A stretch of 64,000 nt of DNA from the NCBI GenBank assembly GCA_000182565.2, contig KQ257450.1; one strand, written 5' to 3'. Each line of letters begins with the position of its first letter. Position 1 is the stretch's first letter. The translations under genes were made by a program, and so were the position numbers. Below, one piece after another: positions 10,794-20,330 of the stretch. This stretch comes from Spizellomyces punctatus DAOM BR117. Lineage: Eukaryota. Under the pieces are notes generated by a model, which ran no database searches, was not told the DNA's origin, and saw nothing but the letters and a program-made list of their open reading frames with translations.

Positions 10794-11751
10794 CTAAACG
10801 ACTACTTCCGGGGGCTCCTCCACTTTGGGCTTGTTGGGATTATTGTCTAGCAACCATGTACCCAACCAGGCCTATCCCGCACAGAATGGATCAGGTGAAT
10901 AAAACAAGATTCCAAAACTGCCCAATTACAGCAAAAACTGGAAAACCTACTGTGGGATTTGCTGGCTTTTCTTTGCACAGCTGTGTCAGACCTTGTAACA
11001 GCACGGGGTAAACGGTAGTTTCTAGGATAAGTTTGGCGTCTTCGGGTGTTGGGAGGGGCACTACATGGGCTTTTTTACATCCAAAGCAAATGTACAAGTT
11101 ATCATACGGGACAGCTCGCGCGCAAAGAAAATATGTTATACGCACTATCCGGAAAGAAGAACGACAAGTCTTTTTCCACAGCCTCTTTCGTCTCACTCAT
11201 ATGAAACCCATTCCGGAGTTCATCTGTTGCGTATTTCGCTCTCAAGCTATTTCCAAATCATTGATCAAAACGACCAATCACCAATAAAGCACCTGATGGC
11301 CTACCTTTCGGGCTCATCTGTTTTGGCCACAGCGGGATCAAGTGGACCGACGAGTTTGCGGAGGACTTCGAAACCGGTGTAGTGATGAAGAGCCAGTGCC
11401 ACCACAGGGCCGCTACGTATTCAGCGCACAATGGCTTTGCTTTAGATCATCAGGAATTAGATGGAACAGAGGTGCAAGGTAGTGTACCTGGTCATGTACA
11501 CGATCAATTCTCCAAAATCAGGATCGTCCCGCCACTCTTTATAAAATTCGGAAGCTTGCTCGGATGTCAGGATCGTTCTTCTTCTCTATGAGCACACAAG
11601 AAATTTCAGATATTGCGTTTTGTGTTGTCCAAGGCGACGAGTGTTGAAACCCTACATTGAAAACCTTGAACCCGGCTTGTTTGAGAGTATAAACTATGGC
11701 TGGTTCATTTGAGGATGTGTCAGGCTTGAGGAGCAGAAAGTTGCGTTCCAT
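10794..11751 (-). CDS. NME5: Nucleoside diphosphate kinase homolog 5 with C-terminal Dpy-30 domain (radial spoke RSPH23)
   Basis: MERNFLLLKPD start. Exons encode TSEQASEFYKEW, SGPVVALAL...LVGPLDPAVAK and SLRAKYATDELRNGFHMSE. Dpy-30 motif LETTVYPVLLQGLTQLCKEKPANP/AWLGTWLLDNNPNKP. Confidence 0.9.
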
Positions 11752-12110
11752 TTTTGAGTTGGTTGTGATCTGTGCTGCTTGCTCTGTTACTGGTCGTCAA
11801 CAGTTTGAAAGTCTTTGGGTGTCGGAGTTTTGAGGGAGACGCGCGTAAGCAATTCGACACTCCCAGTTTTGAACACATAAACGTGAGCTTTTATTACTAC
11901 TGGGAAACTGTTCCCGTTGAATAGGTGGCTAGGATGGAGGGATTGGAAACAGCCATAAGGAATCACTTATTGACAAGATAGCTCAACGATACGTTATGAT
12001 ATCTCAAAAATATCCCAATTTATTCAAGTTACTTTTTTGTCCCAAATCTCTCAGAAAGTCCGCCCCAGGGAAGAGACAATAACGCAATTCAAAAAGCAAG
12101 AATCCAACAT

Positions 12111-14070
12111 CTACCAAATATACGGCACAATTCTCCACTTAACCCTTCTACAATACTCCTCCCAATCCTCTCCATATTTGTTCCTACATTTATGCTCATC
12201 CCGAATCTCCCTGTGAATTAAAAGAATCGCAAAGTAGATGCAGTAAAAGTAGGGGATCGGGGAAGAACAACCGGTTGTTAAGCACCAAGATAAGGACATA
12301 AGCCAGTCGCCTGCATGATGCCGAGGGATAAGTATCATCAAGAGTGAAACGACAACAGACAAAGCCAATCTGATACCCACCAAAATAGTTAATGTGCCTA
12401 GCCAAACCCCACCAGCCACTGACAAGTAGCCTCGACCCTCTTTTGGTCTGAATATACTCTAAATGCTGAACAGCAGGATCGTCGGGGTTGGTCCTGAAGA
12501 GGTTCTTCTCGGAATTGGCACTACGGAAGATGTAGATTCCAAAGAGCTGTAAGAGGCAGATGCCAGCTACGGCGGCGGAAGACAGGCTTTCTGGGTTGCG
12601 GGAAAGGTAAAGAGCTTGTAGGGAGTAGTTGAAAGGAACCCAGACGAGATCTTCACTCAAGATTGAGGCTGAGTTAAACAGCACACATGAGATAATGAGC
12701 AATAGCCTTACCTCCAAAAGTCAGCATAAACCTGGCCAAGAACAAATACCATGAGAATGTTAGTCTAATGTGTTCCTTTGTTTCCGACCAGAAAAGAAAC
12801 CGTGCAACGCACCCAAATCCATCAGTAGTTATGTCCATCGTAGTTAAAATAGCTGGCTCATTCCACTGCGCATCAATGACATAATATCCTTCAAATAGCA
12901 CAACCATCACCATGCCAGGCGTCAGAGTGCCGCCCAAATTGACCCATTGCCGACATGCAAGGCACACGTTCAGTACAGACCACCCAACCAATCCGGGCCT
13001 CAGCTCACAGAAATACTTGAGGTCAAACCATCCCCACAGACGTGGATTGAGTTCCCTTCCCATCCAGAAATCGTAAATGGGGTACCCAGAGTTACCTCCC
13101 TTGGCCAGCAAAATCTGCCCATGGGGTGGAATGCGGTGAGATAGAACGTAGAGGAGGACCGATTGGATAATGGCGTAAATAGTTGCAGCGACGGCGAGAG
13201 GTAGGGTGTTATCGGCTACCCACAGAAAAGGGCCAAGACCTTTGACGGAGAAAACGGCGTACGCAGCAATATACGTGGCAATCATACATCCAAAAGCATT
13301 GATTTTGTAGGTGAGTCGTTCGCCAGTTGGCAATGGAACTCCTTGAATATATGTTCCAGGTAAATATCCGTACAAAAGAGCCTGAAAGATCATCCAACCA
13401 AAAATGGCAGCCACTGCTTCGAGCTTGAAAAATGTCGCATGGCTAATGCGATCAGTAAAGTACGCGAGAGGCGATTCATAAAAATTGGATGAAGGGCATC
13501 CCTTCACTGGGTCGCACAGCAGCTGCAATGCAAGTGTCACAACGGGAACGCCAAGAACAGCTAATGCTGTTCCATGGGGCCCCATAAACTCAAATGTGGT
13601 TGTAATAGAGTTGATGTCGGCATCGACAAGCTCTGTAGCTTCTTCTTCTTCTTCGAGCTCTTCATCTTCATCGAGCCCCGGCTCTACAGATCCTCCTCGG
13701 CTTGAGATACTCGGCGTCACACTCGACTGTCTGGTTGATGCCCTTGACCCCGCCAGAGAGTGCCGGACAGGGACGTCGCTGGGCGGTTCGGACGCAGCAC
13801 GACGAGAGGGACTACCGATGAGATCTGAGAGCGTGGTGCTCGCCGCTGAGCCTCGACGGGTACGGTTGGCGATCGGTCCGTCACCGCCAACAGGTGTTGT
13901 CTCTCGTGTGGACGTTACTGTGCTGCCTTCGGTTTCGAGTACGCCTGGTAGGGAATGTGGTGTTAAATACGATTTCCCCACTGTATCGGTTGTCCCTCTA
14001 CCGATGGGAAGATCTCCAACTGACCGTCCAGCGTCGTTTTCTTTCCCCGGCGCGTCGCCCTCGTCGACAT
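12111..14070 (-). CDS. ERG24: Delta(14)-sterol reductase (ERG4/ERG24 family) with about 130-aa N-terminal low-complexity extension
   Basis: Motifs [66 protein letters not shown] and [22 protein letters not shown]. Likely start [16 protein letters not shown] at 14070, joined by a phase-1 gtcagt...ccag intron. Confidence 0.9.
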
Positions 14071-14438
14071 CCTGGCAATTAATAATAAAAGCACGAGTAG
14101 ATTTCAACAACCAACACTCTGCGTTCCGCCGCGTGTTCCTCAATCGCCAGATGATCCGGATCACAAACTAGATGGTGATCAGCTAAAGTGGCTTTGAAGC
14201 TTGCCGCCCGCGTGAGATGGGGGTAGAATCCAAGGGGGAAACGCGCCATGTAAGCAACACCCCATTTTTGATTCGCGTTCGCTGGTCGCCTGAGCGCATC
14301 GCTCGATCGGCTGCTTTTTCTTTTTGTTTTTGATAGTATAAAGTGTGCGTTGAGCATTACAAGGGCAGAGTGAACAGATTTGGGCAATATTGGATAGTAT
14401 ATATATCAATACAATTATATAAAGCGTGCTTCCCCATG

Positions 14439-16128
14439 TCAACTCTTTTGTGGAGACAAAAACGACGCCGGAATATTTCGTGCCATTTCCTTGTAGGAAT
14501 TCAACCTCTTCACTCCTTGTGATCCATACCAAAAAAGCACCCAGTAATGACCAGGAAGCTTAAGATTTCCATCTGAGCGATCAAAGTACCTGTAAAAAGC
14601 TAGAGTCAACGAGCATCCTTAACCGATGCAAAAGGTTTAAATGGACATACCATTTGTTGACTGGATTTGCCGCACGACTCCGCCATGATAAATCCTTGTA
14701 TCGCTTCCGCAGCTGTTTCCACAATATATCCGCAACGCCAATACCCTGACTTGTTGGGGCAACGGAAAACTTGTCCAAATATGCTATAGGATTCCCGACT
14801 CCATCTGGATCCGGTTCATTGGTGACAATAGCGGCGCCATCATAGTCCCCAGCCAGAATGACACCATCCATAACATTATCCATTCGCTTCCAGAATGCGT
14901 CCGCTTCTAATGACTTTTGAAACGACGCTTCCAAAAGTACTTGGAGTCGCCTCAAGTCAAGCGTTGCTAGGGATGGGTGAAACTGGACGCGAAGGCCCTG
15001 CCGTAGGACGGTTGGGGTGTTGGGACCATTCGCATCTTTGAAAAAACAGCTGCTGAAGGATGTTGGGTCAAAGGAAGTGGAAGACAGGGGTTTGTCGGTA
15101 ATAAGATTGGAGATTAAACTTGCGGATGACACGGGGGACGCGATGATGGCAGATGATGAAGACGGCAGAACGGACAGAACAGTGCGAACAGTTTCTAAAT
15201 CGTCTAGTTGCTGTTGTGCCCCGCCATGTTGATCAGATAGTGCTGCACGAAGGTCATCATATTCATCTTCTAAATTCACGAACCCGATTGGTCGACCATG
15301 AACGGTAAACCCCCCACGATGGTTCACAAAGATGGTCTTCACGGGAGACCGGAAGCGGGTGTCGTTTGCGAGGGCTGCAGAGAGGGATACCAAGGCATCT
15401 CGAGAAGTGATCGTGGTGAGCCTGGCTGAAGCGTGTCCGAGTGGTGCAAGGACGGGTATCTGATTCAGACTTATGACAGTCTGGATTGGACGAAACTGGA
15501 CGGATACGTTCCCTTCATCCTTTGTTTCGTACACTCCACTATAGAGAGCCATTGCCTTTCCACCAGCGCCATCAATGGCCTCGACTACTCGAAATAAGTC
15601 CTCAATCACCCTTGTGCGATTTGCCGATGAATTCGGTTCGATGACTACAATCGGTGTCAATCCCAACTTTTGCAGCTGAACTAAGGTTCCCGCAAATGCG
15701 CTCAGTTCCACCTCCGTCAGTGATGCGTCTACTTTTATTAGCCCCACATGTTCCTGCCTCTTTGAAGCAGCTAAGAGTTCGTCTGCGCGTTGAATAGGAG
15801 CGGCGACAAGATCTCTATAGTGAATATCCGCATTCTGCTGTTTTTCTTGTGGCACCTGGTTGAATCTTTTCAGAAAATGTCTGGCCTCTCGCTGCGATGG
15901 CAATGTACTGAGAACATTGAGAATGAGTTGCTAATTTGAGAAAAAAGAAAAGGGTTATTTACATGAGTTTACAAGGCGAACAACCACAATGCATGAACCA
16001 ACCCTATCACTCTTGGTGGTGGATGCCTTTGGCGTCTTTTCTACGCTTGCAGACAGACAAGGGACAGAAGAGGAAAAAGAGCGCCTATTGCAAAGTATAG
16101 CAACCCGACAAGGCAAAGGCAGCCGCAT
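14439..16128 (-). CDS. ARG2: Mitochondrial amino-acid acetyltransferase (N-acetylglutamate synthase)
   Basis: Arg-rich presequence MRLPLPCRVAILCNRRSFSS. LNVLSTLPSQREARHFLKRF, an AAK-like domain, and a NAT/DUF619 domain (YLDKFSVAPTSQGIGVADILW, WRSRAANPVNKWYFDRSDG, WVLFWYG). Confidence 0.9.
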
Positions 16129-16184
16129 CGTTGATGTCTAAAGATTGGAAATGAACACAATGCCCAGCCAAAGACCTTTCGCGT

Positions 16185-16193
16185 ATGAGTCAT
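16185..16193. promoter_or_regulatory. Gcn4/CPC-1-type bZIP site ATGA(C/G)TCAT upstream of ARG2
   Basis: ATGAGTCAT on the + strand (ATGACTCAT on the ARG2 strand), 57 bp upstream of the ARG2 ATG. Confidence 0.7.
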
Positions 16194-16581
16194 CACGCCG
16201 TTGGCCTTTTGTTTTTACATCCAGATGGTTTGGGCGTATCAAGACTTGCATAAGCAGGACCATAACAAACCCATTGAATGGAACGAGGTGAGTGCTGTCT
16301 CGTCATAAATGGTCAACAGCTTGCAGCGTAGCGCAGCACATCCGATCAGCTATGGTAGGGTCTGCGCTGCACAAGGTTTACATAGCTCAAGATCATGGAA
16401 TATCCTCAGAACATTAGACATCATCTCGATCTGATCGCCGTTACTGCTGGGTGCCCAACAACTTGCCATGTAATATTCAAAGGTAGATGCTTGGACAAGC
16501 GGCACATCCGCCCATTATTCTTTCGTTTAAACCAACTGGAATAAAAGTTCAACAAACGCATCCAAAGGGTCGATGTGTTCA

Positions 16582-16595
16582 ATTGCTATGGCAAC
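16582..16595. promoter_or_regulatory. RFX/Crt1 X-box-like element upstream of GET4
   Basis: ATTGCTATGGCAAC versus the X-box palindrome GTTGCCATGGCAAC. It lies 76 bp upstream of the GET4 ATG. Confidence 0.55.
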
Positions 16596-16670
16596 ACCAC
16601 GTCACCCTCGGCGGCCAAGACCACTTTGCGGGACCTTCCCCCATCATCCTACTTGATACACACACCGACA

Positions 16671-18051
16671 ATGTCTGCAACAGCTGGAGGAGGTGGTGTA
16701 GGGCGCGTGCTGAAGAAGCTTGCGAAATCAGTACAAGGCATGTCTTTCTTTGTGGGCTAGCGCGGGAAGGTTTTGACTCATGATCTTTTACTCAGATGGA
16801 AACTATTACGAAGCACACCAAATGTACCACTCGGTCTGTCAGAGGTAATATCAGCTTTGGCGTCTTATGTTGTGGGACAGACTGTTAAAAATGGCAGTAT
16901 AGGTATCTCAAGCAGAAAAAGTTCGACGACGCGCTGGAGCTGCTGCATCAAGGGGCGAAAAATATGTTGGAGCACGACCAACTCGGTAGTGCGGAGGACC
17001 TTGCTCAGCGGATGATGGATATCTATGATTCTGAAGGCTTGAAAGTGGATGATAAGACTAGAGGTGAGCTGGGGGCGGGAGCGGGAAAAAGGCCGGTAGT
17101 TTGCCAGAGTGGTCTCATATCGTTTGGTTGGTAATTTTCTAGCGAGAGTGGTTGATCTTTTCCAAGACTTTCCATTACGTACCGAGCAATGTGATCAATA
17201 TGTAAGAATGTGCCTGAGGTGGTCGGCAAAGCACAGTGCGTGTCCCGCCGGCGACCCACTGATGCATCATGCATTTGGATCCCGATACTATAAAGGTAAG
17301 GCATTCATGGTAATACAGCTTTTATCTCATGTCGCCCTAAAAGAAGTATCGGTAGAAAAACAATATTATGATGCGGAGTATCACTTCATATACGGGACAA
17401 CTGATAGTGCAAAAGCCCTTGGGCATATGATATGGGAATGGTCGGGAGAAGGTTACTTTCCTGACAGAGGTTATTTTATTGCACGGGCTGTTCTACAGTA
17501 AGTTCTAACCCAGATCACTGCAACATGCCGTCTTGTCCTCGGAATTCAAACCCGTCTTTTCTATGTAGATCCCTGGTGCTAAAGAAAATCCATCACGCCA
17601 ACATCACCTTTGAAACGTTTATAAAAGATCTCAAAGCCAATGACCCCGAATCCAAAGGCATTCCCCTCCCCTTCAAACCTACTGACGCGTCTACACCTGA
17701 AGTCTTTTTGTACAAATCCTCCCTCATCAATTTTACCCAGTTCCTGTTGCTCTGTGTGCAGCGCAAGGCTGTGGAACAGTTTACATCTTTGAAGAATCAA
17801 TACCGCTCTGTGGTTGGATTTGATTCATTTTTAGTGCATATGGTGGATAAGATTGGCGAAGTATTCTTTGGACTGGGACCAAAGAAAGTATCGAATCCTT
17901 TAGAGGTATGTTACCAATGTCGTTTGTTGGGGTTAGGCACGTAACCAATATCCTCGTATTCGTATAGGACATGATGAAATCACTGTTCGCCCCACCACCG
18001 TCAGCACTAGGTCATTCGTCGCAGCAGGCGCAAATACTGGAAATGGACTAG
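16671..18051 (+). CDS. GET4: Golgi to ER traffic protein 4
   Basis: LKKLAKSVQ/DGNYYEAHQMYHSVCQR/YLKQKKFDDALELLHQGA, QLGSAEDLA, GDPLMHHAFG, FIARAVLQ and LINFTQFLLLCVQR. Multiple introns; the first is GC-AG. Confidence 0.92.
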
Positions 18052-18167
18052 CATATTGTGTATATTGAGGATGCTATGTGTGCATGTCGACTGACGCCGC
18101 AATAAACCAAACACTATAGACCGACTTAAACTTGCACCAGGACCAGCTGAGCAAAGTTTCTCAATTC

Positions 18168-18862
18168 TCACTGGCTGACCGCCACTCCTCGCTCCTTCAA
18201 TATTCCCAATAACTTCTCAGACCGCTCAAATGACCGCTTTCTCATAACAGGAATAGGATATCCAAACGGCATTGACAGGCGCAAACTTCTCCGTCCTTGT
18301 GTCGCTCCCACTGTCCTAAACGGAGGCTTTCGTGTCCCCTTTCTCGCCTCGCTCTGTTGCGTCTGTAGGTTTCCTCCAAGTTGCGCCGGTGGTTGTAGTA
18401 TATAGGCGCTTTTTAATCGTGGTAAAGGAGCTGCCGCTTTAGGAGGTGCTTTCGATGGAACGGAAGATCCAGTATCCAGCATCCGACGTTTGTAGAGTTG
18501 ATGCCGGACGTATTCTTTTTCGCGATTTCGCATCCGTTTCTCGAGATACTCGTGCTTTTTGTGGCGTTGAAGGTAGGCTTCGTCTGACAGCTCCTGTGCC
18601 TGTAAATAATACATGGAGATCAACCACAAAACATCCTCAAGGAACCACGACAATGGGATAAAATTCTAACATGAGAACTGGTGCTTTCACTCTTGGGAAA
18701 GAGTTCATGAATGTGCTTATTCAACATCTTTTGATCCACAACCTTGAACTCCGGAATCTCAATCTCCTGATGAGGGGACAACGTCTTCGCATCATCCACT
18801 ACCAAATGCGATATTTCCGTGCATGACTCAAGAATGTCATTGTTCGGGGCGATGTACAGCAT
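18168..18862 (-). CDS. Small PEHE/Sas4-like domain protein (putative MYST histone acetyltransferase scaffold)
   Basis: EIEIPEFKVVD ... ELSDEAYLQRHKKHEYLEKRMRNREKE, plus C-terminal FGYPIPVMRKRSFE. One intron at about 18600-18670. The start is uncertain. Confidence 0.7.
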
Positions 18863-18946
18863 GGTTGATCCTGTGATGAGGGGTTCTTATATTGTGATTT
18901 TATACAAAAAGGGGCGTTTACTGAGTTGTCTTATTGATGATGGGGT

Positions 18947-20078
18947 TCAGAGTTTGTATTTACTTTTTTCTAAGTCGAGGAGGGGGATGCCGGTCAGGGA
19001 CTCTAGTTGTTTGATTGCTTCTACCGAGTTGCCTACAACGACGCCTGGGAGATGATGAAGAAGTTTGAGCATGGGTCGTCAAAATTCGGTCTCGTCAGAG
19101 CGGAGAGGACTCACGGATAGTTGCCAGGCCGACTTCTCGCGCTGATTTCAGGTTACTACAACGTAAAACGTCAGGGGAGGGCCACAATGGAACTAAATCT
19201 GAAGCCAACACCTACGGTCCGATATCATCCAATAGGATTGCATGTTTGGGCTCAACACCCATCTTCGTGCACGCATACCGAAAGATCTCCGGGTCTGGCT
19301 TTCGCAATCCAACTACACTAGATTCAATGTATTCATGAAACAATTGAACCAGCTCTGGAGGGGGTTTGCCAAATGTTGCCTCCTCTTCAGCTCCGTGTAT
19401 TTGAAAGTTATTGGTTAAAGCTGCGATTTTGAAGCGGCCGCTTTCTATCGAGTGCTGGTCAGCAAGGAGGGCTAAACCGTGTGAAAGGTAAAAGCTGAGA
19501 GGATCACCTCGCAATTTGCGAATGGCGTTGATAACAATGGGATCTGTTTTAGAGGCCTCTTGCATCATGAAGGTAAACAGCTCTTTGCCGTCTACCGTTA
19601 CATCCGGTATGGTTGGGATCGCTAAGTGGGAGCAACGTGAGCTTCACGGCATGAGGCTTCTTGCCCAACGCACACAACCTACGTTTTCCTTTGCTCTTCA
19701 GATATTCCACATATGCTTGCTTGTTCCCTGGGTCAGAACATTCCTGTCCAAAGATGGGATAGAAGTCGGATAGTGGGAGCTCTCCACGCTCAAGTTTCTG
19801 AAATGCTCCCCCTTCGCCACGGGATTGGCTGTAAAGCACCGTCGACAAATTAAACGAGGACAGGACAGCTATCTCATATCTACATGACCTATCTCTACGC
19901 TACGCTGACCATATCTACAACAGTTTGGCGGGGAGAGGGGGAAAGGGGATGAGATCACTTACATGGCGACGTTGAGATAGTTTTCTGGGATGCCTCGTTC
20001 CCGTTCAAACTTGCGGATGCCTTCCAAAGGGCTGTGCACGCATACCCCACCAATATCGAAAAATACTGCCTTGAACAT
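18947..20078 (-). CDS. HAD-superfamily hydrolase (soluble epoxide hydrolase/ACAD10 N-terminal phosphatase-like)
   Basis: MFKAVFFDIGGV (motif I), KIAALTNN (motif II), IESSVVGLRKPDPEIF, ILLDDIG/NLKSAREVGLATI. The last exon ends LDLEKSKYKL*. Confidence 0.88.
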
Positions 20079-20330
20079 GCCGTTGGCTATTAGTGATGAG
20101 GGAGGACAGATGGCGAGCGACCTTTTGGAACTCAAAGGCGGGTAAGAATTCTACCTTGGAACGCGTAAGCAACTGGCGTGTGGGACGTTCCGCAAAACTC
20201 CAGCGTCAAACCTTGAAGTTTCAAACGCTGCATTGGAGGAGAGCAGACCGGGCGTTGGAGCGTTTGCTTTAGAAATTCCGCACGGTAGTTGGGGTGTGGA
20301 AAACGATCGCAGAAGACGTCTACGTTGGGT

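Noticed and set aside
14071-14249. Alternative ERG24 start at 14249 (MARFPLGFY...)
   Set aside because: It needs a weak donor. The ATG at 14070 with a gtcagt...ccag intron joins the main frame more cleanly.
16322-16370. Imperfect inverted repeat (tgcagcgtagcgcagc...ctgcgctgca) in the ARG2-GET4 spacer
   Set aside because: Short stem with no tRNA, ncRNA or MITE hallmarks such as target-site duplication.
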